Origin: Dehalococcoidia bacterium
Lineage (GTDB): Bacteria; Chloroflexota; Dehalococcoidia; Plut-88900
Direction of reading: 5' to 3'
Length of the DNA: 64,000 nt
NCBI GenBank assembly: GCA_965197675.1
Contig: OZ240221.1
Location: 2,457,637 to 2,521,636 of the forward strand
Shown here: one piece after another, positions 30,410-42,095 of the stretch
How the letters are laid out: each line of letters starts with the position of its first letter
Numbering within the stretch: the stretch's first letter is position 1
The notes under the pieces: generated by a model
Told to the model about the DNA's origin: nothing
Database searches by the model: none
Seen by the model: the letters and a program-made list of their open reading frames with translations, nothing else
Position numbers and translations under genes: made by a program

Positions 30410-30727
30410 ATGCCTCACGGAGGCCGTCGCCCAGGAGCAGGCGCTCCCAAGGGTAACCTGAACGGACTCAAGCACGGGCGCAACTCTCGCCGGTTTCAAG
30501 AGCTTGCCAACGCCCTCGCTGAACCTCCCGAGGCCGCGACATTATTCTTGCCTATCACCGCCGCCAGCAACGTAAGGCCCACCGCGCCCGCCGCACCGCT
30601 CGCCTCCTCTTCTCCCAACTCATACCCCAACCTGATGAAAAACTCAATCAAGATTAACGACATCTTCATGCCTGGAAAACCCGCAAAACAAAAGTTTTTT
30701 TATAACTCAATCAAGTTTCAAAGCTAA
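30410..30727 (+). CDS. Small basic protein, hypothetical. The C-terminal third is encoded by the ~132-bp dispersed repeat.
   Basis: Strong SD AAGGAGGT 9 nt before the ATG. N-terminus MPHGGRRPGAGAPKGNLNGLKHGRNSRR is Gly/Arg/Lys-rich. AT-rich upstream region. Confidence 0.45.
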   Translation: MPHGGRRPGAGAPKGNLNGLKHGRNSRRFQELANALAEPPEAATLFLPITAASNVRPTAPAAPLASSSPNSYPNLMKNSIKINDIFMPGKPAKQKFFYNSIKFQS

Positions 30728-30768
30728 ACGGAAAGGACAATCAAGTTCCACGCACAAACCAAGTCGGG
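30637..30768 (-). repeat. Dispersed repeat, ~132 bp, with TTGATTGA iterons. Copy 1, in reverse orientation relative to copy 2 at 63206..63367.
   Basis: Reverse complement aligns at roughly 85-90% identity with 63206..63367. Contains 3 AAYTTGATTG(A/T)G-like motifs and a GGGTTTTCCAGGCAYGAAG core. Confidence 0.7.
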
Positions 30769-30823
30769 CAATAGTGCAGGGCAATCGCATTTAGACCAGA
30801 ACCAAGATGCAAGAACCAGAGAT

Positions 30824-32380
30824 TCATCCTTCGACCAACTCTTTGATAGCTTTGGGGAGGATGGACAAAAGATCGCTGGCCAACATACCGGCGTTGCCCA
30901 TCTGCTCTCTGACTCTCTCGCCGGCCAGACCGTGAAGATATACGCCGCAGCACGCCGCGTACCATGGCTCCAGACCTTGAGCCATCAACCCCGCTATGAC
31001 TCCGGCCAGCACATCTCCAGTGCCCGCCGACGCCAGTCCTGGATTGGCGAAGGGGCTCAACATGGCGCAACCATCGGGTTTTGCTACCACAGTGTAGGCT
31101 CCCTTCAGCAGCACTACTTTTCCCCACCGGTGAGCCGCCTCCCTGGCGATGCCGATCCGGTCCGACTGCACCTCTCTACTGGACACGCCTAAGAGTCGCG
31201 CCATCTCTCCTGGATGAGGGGTTAACACCGAAGCATCGCTGAGTCGTTCCCACCACTTGGGATACTCGGCTAGGGCATTCAGACCGTCGGCATCTACTAG
31301 AAGTGGCACTCGCCTTGTATCGCCCTCGACTAGCAGCTTGTGCACCAGTTTCTTGGTGTTTGGTTCCTGGCCCAACCCACACCCCAGCAGCAAGGCCTGG
31401 ACGTCGAGAAGCTGGGACTGTATAAGAGGAATCGCGTCGCTGCGAGGAACTCCTGGGCTTTCCTCGGGCAGTAGTACGTAAGTTACCTCAGTTAGCTTGG
31501 AGGCTAATATGGGCTGAAGGCTGGTGGTGCACGCCAGAGTAACCAGCCCAGCACCCACCCTTGCTGCCCCTTCACAAGCAAGATACGCCGCGCCTATGTA
31601 GCTGATGGAGCCGGCCACTGCCAGCACCCTGCCGAAAGTACCTTTGTGGGAATCTGGGAGCCTAGTAGGCATCTGATCTCCTATCCAAGATGGAGTCATC
31701 AGCTCCAAGCATATGTTACGCCCTAGATCCTCCGGAATCCCGATGTCCGCTACCACCATCTCACCCACCGAACTAGCCCCGGGAAAGGTGAACAGCCCCA
31801 CTTTGGGATATCCGAGAGTCACGGTTACGTCGGCATCGAGGCAGGCTGAGTCCGCAGCTCCCGAATTAGCATCAAGCCCAGAGGGTAGATCGAGCGCGAT
31901 TATCTTCTTACCGGGAGACTCCTGTATCGACCTCTGAACCGCGGTAAGAATCTCTTTCAGGACACCCTCGATAGACCTAGACCTACCTGTACCCAACACG
32001 GCATCAATCACTATCTCGGCGGTGTCCAGAATCCCATTCAGTCTTTCAAACCCGGAGTCTTGGTAACCATGTACAGGCTGCAGATCTCGGGCAAGTAGAA
32101 GTTCCAGGTTGGAATCAGCCTTAGCTCGGGGGGTGCACAAATAGACGTATACATTCGCGCCCCAGTCATGGAGATACCTGGCAGCTACGAGACCATCCCC
32201 ACCATTGTTACCAGACCCTACCAGCACGGCTATGTGACTTCCCGTCACCCCTCCCATACGCTCGCGCACCTCCTCGGCAAAGGCAAGGCCGGCATTCTCC
32301 ATGAGTTGATGAGTGGAGATGCCTGTCTTAGAAGAGAGCTCTTCCAACTCTCGCATCTCTTCGCTGGTGACAATCTTCAT
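30824..32380 (-). CDS. nnr: Bifunctional NAD(P)H-hydrate repair enzyme (epimerase/ADP-dependent dehydratase).
   Basis: YjeF-N domain (VLVGSGNNGGDG) plus a C-terminal carbohydrate-kinase-like domain (GAGLASAGTGDVLAG). Confidence 0.85.
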   Translation of the reverse strand: MKIVTSEEMRELEELSSKTGISTHQLMENAGLAFAEEVRERMGGVTGSHIAVLVGSGNNGGDGLVAARYLHDWGANVYVYLCTPRAKADSNLELLLARDLQPVHGYQDSGFERLNGILDTAEIVIDAVLGTGRSRSIEGVLKEILTAVQRSIQESPGKKIIALDLPSGLDANSGAADSACLDADVTVTLGYPKVGLFTFPGASSVGEMVVADIGIPEDLGRNICLELMTPSWIGDQMPTRLPDSHKGTFGRVLAVAGSISYIGAAYLACEGAARVGAGLVTLACTTSLQPILASKLTEVTYVLLPEESPGVPRSDAIPLIQSQLLDVQALLLGCGLGQEPNTKKLVHKLLVEGDTRRVPLLVDADGLNALAEYPKWWERLSDASVLTPHPGEMARLLGVSSREVQSDRIGIAREAAHRWGKVVLLKGAYTVVAKPDGCAMLSPFANPGLASAGTGDVLAGVIAGLMAQGLEPWYAACCGVYLHGLAGERVREQMGNAGMLASDLLSILPKAIKELVEG

Positions 32381-32391
32381 GGAGAGTCGAC

Positions 32392-32823
32392 TTATCCAGA
32401 ATAGCCGACCGCAGAAGCAACGGCATACGCATCGGAATGGGACAGGCTAATAGCCACCTCGGTCAGCCCAAGCTCCCTGGCTTTGGCCTTTGCCCTGTTA
32501 TTAAGCTTTACGGTGGGTTTACCCGATCTTAGAGGAACGATCTCTATCTCCCTCCACGCCACTCCACGAGCACCGGTACCTAACACCTTCATCACAGCTT
32601 CTTTTCCGGCAAATCTGACCGCCAACTCGGGTACACGGTTCCTGCAGTACTCTATTTCACTGGGCGTGTACACTCTTTCAAGAAATCTGTCTCCCCAGCG
32701 CTCCATCGAGGCCTTAACACGGGGAATCTCGACTATGTCCACACCTACTGAGAGCAATCCAGCCCCTTGAAAAGTTGTGAGGAAATGAGATGTTAAGTGA
32801 GAGTATAGCACATGAACAGGCAC
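32392..32823 (-). CDS. acpS: Holo-ACP synthase (4'-phosphopantetheinyl transferase). N-terminal extension means the true start may be downstream.
   Basis: VGVDIVEIPRV...FAGKEAVMKVLG...ISLSHSDAYAVASAV signature. Confidence 0.8.
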   Translation of the reverse strand: MPVHVLYSHLTSHFLTTFQGAGLLSVGVDIVEIPRVKASMERWGDRFLERVYTPSEIEYCRNRVPELAVRFAGKEAVMKVLGTGARGVAWREIEIVPLRSGKPTVKLNNRAKAKARELGLTEVAISLSHSDAYAVASAVGYSG

Positions 32824-33213
32824 GATTGACGCCTTGAGATTGTGAAGGTTAGAATTATCGTCTAGGGCATGATGCTCATGGAAGGAAAATGATTACGGCT
32901 GGTAATCGATGATCAAAAACATAGCGGGTAGAGTTAGAGCAACGGCGAATGTAGCCGCCTTGCATGGAGAATCTCTACAGATAGGAAACAAGACCATCAT
33001 TCAAGCAGCCAAAGTCTCCCATGGATTTGGCGCCGAGAGTGGAGAGTGCAAGAGAGCTTCCCCTCGACTGATAGGCTTCATCGTGGAGATGAAGATGATA
33101 CAGAGTTCGTCCACATTCACAAATGGCGAGGCACGGTCATAGCCGGCCGAGTCGGAGCGCTAATAGGCTTGGTGCTGGCCAAGATACTTTCATAAATCCA
33201 GTCGGGAATAATT

Positions 33214-35883
33214 ATGACGACCAGAGCCGAGAAGTTATCCGAGATCCCCAAGGCCTACAACCCAAGAGAGGTCGAAGACCGAATATATAAACGCTGGATG
33301 GACAACGGATACTTTACGCCCACCATCGACCCCGAAAAGAGACCTTTCGTTATCATCATGCCTCCCCCCAACGTGACCGGGCGGCTTCACCTGGGTCACG
33401 CATTGACCGCAACAGTGGAAGATGTCCTTACTAGATGGCATCGCATGATGGGGGAGCCGACCTTGTGGCTTCCAGGCTCCGATCACGCAGGTATCGCAAC
33501 TCAGGTTGTAGTAGAGCAAGACTTGGCTAAAGATGGACTTACTCGCTACGACCTGGGACGGGAAAAGTTCGTAGAGCGGGTCTGGGAGTGGGTGAGAAAG
33601 TACGGCAGCATTATTACTGAACAGCACAAGCGGCTCGGAGCCTCCTGCGACTGGTCTCGAGAGAGATTCACCTTGGACGACGGGCCAAGCAAAGCGGTAA
33701 ATACCACCTTCGTAAACCTCTATCGGAAGGACCTCATCTATAGAGGCTTGCGCATAATCAACTGGTGCACAAGATGCTCAACCGCTCTCTCGGACCTAGA
33801 GGTTGAGCATAAGGACACCCAGGGCAATCTCTACTACATCAAGTATAAGCTGGCCTATGGCGATGGGCACGTAACCGTAGCCACCACCCGCCCAGAGACT
33901 CTCTTGGGTGATACGGCAGTAGCAGTGAACCCCGAGGATGAACGATACAAAGACCTAGTTGGAAAGGATGTGATCTTACCTATCCTGGGCAGGAAGATTC
34001 CCATAGTAAAAGACGAGGCCATCGATCCCTCCTTCGGCACCGGAGCACTAAAGGTCACCCCGTTCCACGATATCACCGACTTCGAGATTGGGGAGCGTCA
34101 TGGACTAGACTCGATAGAGATCATAGACCCTCGAGGCAACATGACCGACGATGCGGGATCCAACTACAAGGGCATGGACCGGTTTGAGTGTCGAAGAATA
34201 ATCAGGAAGGATCTAGAGCAAGAGGGGCTGCTGGAAAAGGTAGAGCCCCATTTCCATTCGGTAGGTCACTGCCAGCGCTGTAATACGGTAGTAGAGCCCG
34301 TTGTCAGCCGGCAGTGGTTCGTGAAGATAGGGCCTCTTGCTGAGAGATCCGCTCAAGCAGTACGGGATGGGCGGATAAAAATCGTGCCCCGGAGATTCGC
34401 CAAGGTCTATCTCAACTGGATGGAAGGTATTAGAGACTGGTGCATAAGTCGTCAGCTATGGTGGGGGCATCGAGTCCCGGTGTGGTACTGCAACGACTGC
34501 GAGCGTATAACCGTATCAGTAACCGAGCCGAAAGTATGCGATGGATGCAATTCCGACAAGCTTACTCAAGATCCCGACGTCCTGGATACATGGTTCAGCT
34601 CTGGCCTGTGGACTCATTCCACTCTCGGCTGGCCCGATGACACCGAGGATCTTGGTTATTTCTATCCCACCTCCGTGATGGAAACGGCCTACGACATACT
34701 GTTTTTCTGGGTGGCCAGGATGATAATGATGGGCATGGAGAACATGGGCGATATACCCTTCCATACCGTTTATCTGCACGGGTTAATTCGAGACGAAGCG
34801 GGCGAAAAGATGAGCAAGGTGAAGGGCAACGTTTTGAATCCGCTGGACGCTATCGAAGAATATGGCGCCGATGCCCTGCGCGTTGCGCTGACTGTTGGCA
34901 CAGCTCCGGGGAACGACAGTCGCCTTAGCTCATCCAAGCTTCAGTCAAGCCGCAATTTCACTAACAAGCTGTGGAATGCCTCCAGGTATGTGTTTTCCAC
35001 CATAGATGACGACTCGGTGATTGGATGGCAGTCGCCTCTAACCAAGGAAAGCCCCATCGAAGACCGATGGATTGTGAGTCGCCTCAACAGGGCTACCACG
35101 AACGTTAAGAAGGCACTGGAAGGTTTCCGACTGGGTGATGCTCAGCAGCAGATTCAAGATTTTGTATGGGACGAGTACTGCGATTGGTACTTGGAGATGG
35201 CCAAGATACGCCTTCAAAAGGCGCCCAGTGCTCCATCTCCGGTCCCCGTATTAGTATACGTGTTGGAGAGCATCCTCAGGTTGCTGCATCCCTTCATGCC
35301 CTTCATTACGGAGGAGACTTGGTGCACCCTCACCCGAGGATTACCAGACCGCAACCATCTGACCCAGTCCATCATGATATCTCCCTATCCCCAGGCGGAT
35401 TCAGAAGCAATCTGCGTAGACGCAGAAGAATGGGCCGACTTAGTAATGGGCCTTATCCGGGGAGTACGGAACGTCAGAGCCGAGAAACAGGTGGCTCCTT
35501 CACGTCGAATAGATGTCCTGCTGTTCAACGGACAGGACATAGGGGAGGGGGGGCGACTTTTCCTGGAGACGTTGGCGCTGTGCTCTGTGACGCCTCAGCC
35601 ACCAGAAACCGCGAGGCCAGATAGCTCCACCATGGTAATGGTCAAGAACACAGAGGTTTTCCTGCCCCTATCGGGCCTTTTCGATGTTGGTGTTGAGCGA
35701 GAGCGTCTCAACAAAGAGCTGAACGGAGTGATGAACAGGGTGGCACAGATCAAGGCCAGGCTGAACAATAAGGAGTTTCTCAGTAAAGCTCCAGCTCACG
35801 TAGTAGAGGCGGAGAGGCAGAAGCTATCTCAGCTGAATGAGCAGGCAGACCGTATCCAGGACAGAATCTCAGAGCTGGTCTAA
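33214..35883 (+). CDS. valS: Valyl-tRNA synthetase.
   Basis: HIGH-type PPNVTGRLHLGH and KMSKS motifs. C-terminal coiled-coil. 889 aa. Confidence 0.9.
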   Translation: MTTRAEKLSEIPKAYNPREVEDRIYKRWMDNGYFTPTIDPEKRPFVIIMPPPNVTGRLHLGHALTATVEDVLTRWHRMMGEPTLWLPGSDHAGIATQVVVEQDLAKDGLTRYDLGREKFVERVWEWVRKYGSIITEQHKRLGASCDWSRERFTLDDGPSKAVNTTFVNLYRKDLIYRGLRIINWCTRCSTALSDLEVEHKDTQGNLYYIKYKLAYGDGHVTVATTRPETLLGDTAVAVNPEDERYKDLVGKDVILPILGRKIPIVKDEAIDPSFGTGALKVTPFHDITDFEIGERHGLDSIEIIDPRGNMTDDAGSNYKGMDRFECRRIIRKDLEQEGLLEKVEPHFHSVGHCQRCNTVVEPVVSRQWFVKIGPLAERSAQAVRDGRIKIVPRRFAKVYLNWMEGIRDWCISRQLWWGHRVPVWYCNDCERITVSVTEPKVCDGCNSDKLTQDPDVLDTWFSSGLWTHSTLGWPDDTEDLGYFYPTSVMETAYDILFFWVARMIMMGMENMGDIPFHTVYLHGLIRDEAGEKMSKVKGNVLNPLDAIEEYGADALRVALTVGTAPGNDSRLSSSKLQSSRNFTNKLWNASRYVFSTIDDDSVIGWQSPLTKESPIEDRWIVSRLNRATTNVKKALEGFRLGDAQQQIQDFVWDEYCDWYLEMAKIRLQKAPSAPSPVPVLVYVLESILRLLHPFMPFITEETWCTLTRGLPDRNHLTQSIMISPYPQADSEAICVDAEEWADLVMGLIRGVRNVRAEKQVAPSRRIDVLLFNGQDIGEGGRLFLETLALCSVTPQPPETARPDSSTMVMVKNTEVFLPLSGLFDVGVERERLNKELNGVMNRVAQIKARLNNKEFLSKAPAHVVEAERQKLSQLNEQADRIQDRISELV

Positions 35884-35892
35884 AGTCTACCG

Positions 35893-36639
35893 CTAGAACT
35901 CACCGACCCTGTTGGGGTCATCGGAGGGAAAAGGGATCGTTACGACGTCTGGCGTCTCGGTGGATTGAATATAGTCGATTCCCCGCCTTGTATCACTAGC
36001 TATCCGCGCCTTATCATGCTTCTCAATCCGGAACTTGAAAAGCCAGTATGTGAACTCTTTAACGTCGCTCTCGGGTAGACCACTTTCCCCGGGATACCCC
36101 TTATCTCTGCGGAATGCCTGAACCAACTCTTCTTTAGAGGCGCCGTATGCCCGCCTATATACCTCATCGCTGACGTCTCGGCGTGTGGTGTACCCTGCCA
36201 CCATCCTCTCCTTATGAATATCCTCCTCTATAGAGCTGACAAATGCTCTCTCAATGTCCACGCCGTACCAATAGTTCAAGAGGGCCTTGTATTTGGTGCT
36301 GCCGGTGAGACGCCGAAACTGAGAAGCGGTCAACTCCAAGGGAGGTTTGGCCTCCCCCAGCAGTTGCTCCCGTTCGATTTGAGGGATAAGCCCACCAACA
36401 CTATCACAGAGGCGGTGCGCCAACAGGAGCCAATCGAAAGCCTCTCCACCGATGATGTACTTGTAATCAGTCCCCTTATACGTCTCCTCTGGGGCTGTCC
36501 AAAGTCCCATGGCCTCCAGTAAAGAAGGATACCAGTGCTTACCCGAGGTTATCGACTCCCGCAGATGGTTGATTGCCTCCTCGGCAGTTGACTTGCCTTT
36601 GGGAGTCATTCCAGCTATGCGGTTTTTTGGCTTGGACAT
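35893..36639 (-). CDS. Hypothetical protein.
   Basis: 248-aa ORF convergent with valS. No recognisable motif. Confidence 0.4.
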   Translation of the reverse strand: MSKPKNRIAGMTPKGKSTAEEAINHLRESITSGKHWYPSLLEAMGLWTAPEETYKGTDYKYIIGGEAFDWLLLAHRLCDSVGGLIPQIEREQLLGEAKPPLELTASQFRRLTGSTKYKALLNYWYGVDIERAFVSSIEEDIHKERMVAGYTTRRDVSDEVYRRAYGASKEELVQAFRRDKGYPGESGLPESDVKEFTYWLFKFRIEKHDKARIASDTRRGIDYIQSTETPDVVTIPFPSDDPNRVGEF

Positions 36640-36645
36640 AATTGA

Positions 36646-38439
36646 TCACTTACGACTCAGTAAGGCCTTAAACTCTTTCAGGGGTTTAGTGTTCAAGATG
36701 TCCTTGGCCTCACACCAGCCTCTCCGAGATATAGCCACACCTAATCTCAGATTATCAAACTGCTCAACAGCATGGGAATCGGAGTCGATCACCAGCCTCA
36801 CACCCATCTCTCTGGCCCTGTATATATGGGAGTCCTTCAGGTCCAATCGGCTGGGCTGAGCATCGATCTCCAGTGCTGTGCCAGTCTCCAGAGCAGTCTT
36901 GAAGATAGGGTCCATGTCCAACTCAACAGGCGCTCTGTCACCAATGAGCCGGCATGAGGGATGACCGATGATATCTAGGTGAGGATTCCGTATGGCCTTT
37001 ATAATGCGAGCCGTCATGACGTCTCTTTCCTGGCCCATGGCCGAATGGACAGAGCCGATGACCACGTCCAGATCTCGGAGCAGCTCATCGGGGTAGTCAA
37101 GGGTACCGTCAGAGCGAATATCCACCTCTGAGCCCGTAAGAATCTCGATGTTATCCATCTTCCCGTTCAGATATCGGATTCGAGCTATCTGTTCGCGCAG
37201 CCTCTCCTCGTTCAGGCCATTGGCTATGCCCCTTCCAACAGAGTGATCTGTGATGACCAGATATTCCAATCCATGAGCCTTCGCCGATTCCACCATATCC
37301 TCCAGTGAGCACCTGCCATCACTCTCGGTTGTGTGAGAGTGGAGGTCGCCCCTGATATCGCTTACTTCGATCAGTTTGGGAATGGTTCCCTCGAAGGCTC
37401 GTTCAATCTCATACTGGCCTTCTCTCAGCTCAGGAGGGATGAACTGAAGCCCCAGCCTTTCGTAGAAGGCCTCTTCGGTGGCGTACTTCTCCACCTTCTG
37501 GGTGTTTAAGTTTGTGATGCCATATTCGTTTAGACTCAGACCTTGCCTGCGGGCCCGCTCACGCAGCAATACGTTGTGCTGCTGGCTTCCAGTGAAATAT
37601 TGGATCAAAGAGCCATAGACATCATCATCCACTATTCGCAGGTCTACTTGAAGCCCTTTGTGCACCAGGACGCTGGCCTTCTTGGGACCGTGGACAAGCA
37701 CCTCCACCACCTGGGGCAGCTTCACAAAAGCGCTGATCACTGCTCCTGGATCCGAGGCAGTCCCCATGATGTCGATGTCCCCAATGGTCTCTCGATATCT
37801 TCGGAGACTGCCGGCAGTCTCCAGCTTGTGCACCTCTGAACAGTTAGCTCGCAGGGCGCCTATGATCTCTTCTGCCGCCGACAATGCCTGACCCAAGGGA
37901 ATGCGCCGGTCCTTGGTTCTCAGGGTCTGTAGGTGTCTGAGCATGTTGGTTGCGGCCTTCTCGCCCAATCCCGGCAGTGCCGCCACCTGGCCTGACTTCA
38001 GGGCCTTTTCCAGGTCATGCAGGTTGGACACACCCAACTCATCGCTGATTTTAAGGGCCGTCTTGGGACCCACCCCCGGCACGTCCATCAGGTTTATGAC
38101 CCCCTCCGGGAAATGGGCTTTGAGCTTCTCAAAATACTGGAGGCTGCCGCTGGTTAGAAGCTCTTCGACCTTCTTGGTTATGGCGGAGCCGACGTTGGGC
38201 ACGTCGTCTAACCCATCCGTTCCGTGCTGAGCGTATAGCTGAGCCAGCTCCTGGGGATAATAATCGATGGAGCGGGCCGCCTTCTGATAGGCCCGCACCT
38301 TGAAGATCATCTCCCCCTTCAGCTCCAACAAGTCCCCAATGTTATTGAGAACCTGCGCAATCTCAGAGTTGGTTATGACTTTCGCTTTTGTGGCTTCAAT
38401 CATTTTGTCTCTTTGATTTATACCTGGCTTTTCTGTCAA
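36646..38439 (-). CDS. polX: DNA polymerase X family protein with C-terminal PHP phosphoesterase domain.
   Basis: Pol-beta-like HhH/palm N-terminal region ([17 protein letters not shown]). PHP domain ([11 protein letters not shown]...ITDHS). Confidence 0.85.
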   Translation of the reverse strand: MTEKPGINQRDKMIEATKAKVITNSEIAQVLNNIGDLLELKGEMIFKVRAYQKAARSIDYYPQELAQLYAQHGTDGLDDVPNVGSAITKKVEELLTSGSLQYFEKLKAHFPEGVINLMDVPGVGPKTALKISDELGVSNLHDLEKALKSGQVAALPGLGEKAATNMLRHLQTLRTKDRRIPLGQALSAAEEIIGALRANCSEVHKLETAGSLRRYRETIGDIDIMGTASDPGAVISAFVKLPQVVEVLVHGPKKASVLVHKGLQVDLRIVDDDVYGSLIQYFTGSQQHNVLLRERARRQGLSLNEYGITNLNTQKVEKYATEEAFYERLGLQFIPPELREGQYEIERAFEGTIPKLIEVSDIRGDLHSHTTESDGRCSLEDMVESAKAHGLEYLVITDHSVGRGIANGLNEERLREQIARIRYLNGKMDNIEILTGSEVDIRSDGTLDYPDELLRDLDVVIGSVHSAMGQERDVMTARIIKAIRNPHLDIIGHPSCRLIGDRAPVELDMDPIFKTALETGTALEIDAQPSRLDLKDSHIYRAREMGVRLVIDSDSHAVEQFDNLRLGVAISRRGWCEAKDILNTKPLKEFKALLSRK

Positions 38440-38515
38440 GAAGCCTCTTTTGACCTACGTTCTGCTTGAAGTGTTCCAGAATTCTGGCGCTTCCGCCGCG
38501 TCTCATTTCAACTCT

Positions 38516-41143
38516 TCATGCCCCGTGGCACTTTTTGTACTTTTTACCGCTGCCGCAGGGGCAAGGCTCGTTGCGACCCACCTTACCTACTGCCACAGTA
38601 GATCTTTCACCCCCTTGTCTATTGGGTATTCCCTCAGCAGTAGCAGAAGCCAAGCCGCCCATAGACTTAACCCCCACGGGCTGAAGCTCCTGTCTCTTCT
38701 TTTCGATATCGACGTGGAAGAGAGCTCTGACGATTCCCCCCCTTATTCGAGCCGTCAACTCCTCGAACATCTCGTGGCCCTGGCGCTTGTACGCTACCAA
38801 AGGGTCTCTCTGGCCAAAGGCCTCCAACCCGATACTCTGGCGCATGTTCTCCATGGCGGTCAGATGGTCCACCCAGTGAGTGTCAATGGCACGGAGCATA
38901 ATCAGCCTCTCGACGGCACGCATGCTCCCAGATCCGACTCTCTCTTCTTTCCCCTGGTAAAAGGACTCGGCGAGATCGAGGAGATGCTCCTCGATCTCGC
39001 TGCGATGCATTCTGCTCAGCTTTTCTCCGTCCACGTCCGGTGGCAAAGGAAAAAGGGCTTGCACGTTGGAAACTAGAGCCTCGACGTCCCAGTCATCGCC
39101 ATGCTCGTCCCGGAGGCAAGAGTAGACGATATCGTACAGCTCATCTCGCACCATGTCCTGAACATTGGTCTTGAGATCCGAGCCTTCCAATATCTTTCTG
39201 CGCTGGTCATAGATGATGTCCCGTTGGCGGTTTACCACATCGTCATATTCAACGAGCCGCTTCCTAATATCGAAGTTGAACCCCTCCACTTTGGTCTGAG
39301 AGCTCTCAACGGCCTTGGTTATCCAGGAGTGCTCGATGGGAGCATCGTCGGCGAGCCCTGCCCAGCTCATCACCGACTTGATCCTGTCGCCCCCGAATCT
39401 TCGCATTAAATCGTCTTCTACAGAGACGTAGAATCGAGAACTTCCGGTGTCTCCCTGTCGGCCAGAACGACCCCTCAGCTGGTTGTCTATGCGACGCGAT
39501 TCATGACGTTCCGTGCCGAGTATGTGCAACCCTCCCAGGTTAACTACCTTGTCGTGCTCCTCTTCCCACTCCTCGGAGCCTCTACCATCTGGTGTGCCTC
39601 CCAACACGATGTCCGTACCGCGACCCGCCATGTTGGTGGCAACAGTCACCGCTCCTACCCGACCCGCCTGAGCCACTATGTTCGCTTCCCGTTCATGATG
39701 CTTAGCATTCAGGACCTGGTGGGGAATCCCAGACTTGGTCAGAAGCTGACTTAGACGCTCTGATCTCTCCACCGATACAGTGCCTACGAGTACGGGTTGC
39801 CCCTTGTCATGGAGTTCAGCAATATCCCGAGCCACCGCTTGGAACTTACCTTCCTCGCTCTGGTAAATCTGATCTGGGAAGTCCTCTCGAATCAAGGGCT
39901 TATGGGTAGGAATGACCGCTACGTCAAGACCATAAATCTTGTAGAACTCTTCTGCCTCGGTCGCTGCGGTGCCGGTCATTCCTGCCAGCTTCTCATACAT
40001 GCGGAAGTAGTTTTGAAGGGTTATGGTTCCCAGGGTTACACTCTCTCGCTGAATCTTGAGAGCCTCTTTGGCCTCTATGGCCTGCATCAGGCCGTCGGAG
40101 TACCTGCGTCCAGGCATCAATCGCCCTGTGAACTCGTCGACTATTATCGCCTCGCCATTCTTGACTACGTAGTCCCTGTCTTTCTTGAACATGGCATGGG
40201 CTCTCAGAGCGTTCTCCAGGTAGTGAGTCAAGCCCGAGTACTGGGGGTCGTACATGTTGGAGATCTTGAGTGCCTGTTCCACTCTGCTGATCCCGTCCTG
40301 GGTCAGAGACACGGACTTGGACTTTTCGTCAACTGTGTAGTCTCTGTCCTCAGTCAGACGAGGAACCAGGCGGGCGAAGGTCTGATAAGTCTGAGGGGAT
40401 TTTTCTGCTTGACCGCTAATGATTAGGGGAGTACGAGCCTCGTCTATGAGAATGTTGTCGACTTCGTCGACGATGGCGAAATGCAGTTCTCGTTGGACGG
40501 GCTGAGAAAGATCAGTGACCATGTTATCGCGCAAATAGTCGAAGCCAAACTCGTTGTTGGTGCCATAGGTGATGTCTGCTTCGTAGGCCTGCCTACGAGG
40601 CACCTGTGCCATGTTAGCCAGTCGAGGGTCATCTGTTTGAGATTGAGGATCGAATATATATGCCGTCTCGTGCTGTAGACATCCTAAGCTCAGTCCTAAA
40701 AGGTTGTAGATAGGCCCCATCCACTGGGTATCTCGCCGTGCCAGGTAATCGTTTACCGTGACCAGGTGAGCGCCATCACCGGTGAGGGCATTGAGATAGA
40801 GGGGAAGGGTAGCCACCAGGGTTTTACCTTCTCCTGTCTTCATCTCGGCTATCCTGCCTTGATGAAGGACGACTCCGCCCAACAGCTGCACGTCGAAATG
40901 ACGCTGGTTCAGGGTCCGTTTCGCTGCTTCTCGGACGGTGGTAAAAGCCTCGGGCAGTATGTCATCTAGGGATTCGCCCGACTCCAATCGGCCCTTGAAC
41001 TCGGTGGTCTTTTCTCTGAGCTGCTCGTCGGTTAACGATTCGCACTCAGACTCCAACTCATTGATGATTTCAAGGAGCGGAGTGAGGCGTTGTAGCTCGT
41101 TTTCATTACTATCGCCGGCTAGTTTGGACAACCATCTAAGCAT
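38516..41143 (-). CDS. secA: Preprotein translocase ATPase SecA. Start placed at internal Met [10 protein letters not shown] to avoid the 74-bp overlap with prs.
   Basis: DEAD-like motor motifs ([18 protein letters not shown]). C-terminal zinc-binding [14 protein letters not shown]. Confidence 0.9.
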
Positions 41144-42095
41144 TGTTCGGTCTTTGTTCGAAGAGCTCCCCCACCGACTCTCCACCGTGAATCCTTCGTA
41201 TAGCTTCACCCAGCAAGGGCGCCATAGAGAGCACGGTTACCTTCCCGTTGCCCTTCCAGTCCGGGATGGGAACAGTATCGGTCACTACTATCTCTTTGAC
41301 GGCAGCCTGGGAAAGCTTCTCAACGGCGCGGCCTGAAAAGATGGCGTGAGTGCAACTGGCATACACTTCCCTGGTGCCCCTGTCACGGAGCGCATTCACA
41401 GATGCCACCAAAGACCCGCCTGTGTCTATCTCGTCGTCCAGGGTTATAGCAACCTTTCCCCTAACATCCCCTATGACATTGAGGCTCTGGGCATCCTCGC
41501 TATTTCCCATCCTCCTCTTTTCCACGATGGCCAGAGGCACGTCCATACGCACTGCCATGTCCCTGGCCTTCTTGGCTATTCCCACATCGGTAGCTACCAC
41601 CACCACGTCTTCTAAGCCCTTCTCTTGGAAATAGGTGGTGAGGATGGGGATAGCCGTCAGCTCATCTACAGGGATGCTGAAGAAGCCCTGGATCTGTCCA
41701 GCGTGAAGGTCCGCCGTTAGAAGACGATTGGCCCCTGCCACAGTGATGAGGTCGGCGATTAAGCGAGCCGTTATCGGTACCCGAGGCTGATCCTTCTTAT
41801 CGGTACGGCCGTACCCGTAGTGGGGAACAACGGCCGTTATTCGGCCTGCTGAAGCCCTCTTAGCCGCATCTATCATGATGAGTAGCTCCATAATGCTCTT
41901 ACTAACGGGTGAGCAAAGGGGTTGCACCAAGAACACGTCTCTCTCACGGATGTTCTCCATGATCCTGACGAAGATGTTCTCGTTACTGAACTCAAATACG
42001 TCGGCCTGGCCCAGGGGTGTCTTCAGATACTTACATATGTCGTCCGTCAGCTTTGGATGAGCGTTACCGGTGAACACTTTGAGTTCGTCTCTCAC
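41136..42095 (-). CDS. prs: Ribose-phosphate pyrophosphokinase.
   Basis: PRPP synthetase motifs ([13 protein letters not shown]; [11 protein letters not shown]). About 319 aa. Confidence 0.9.
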
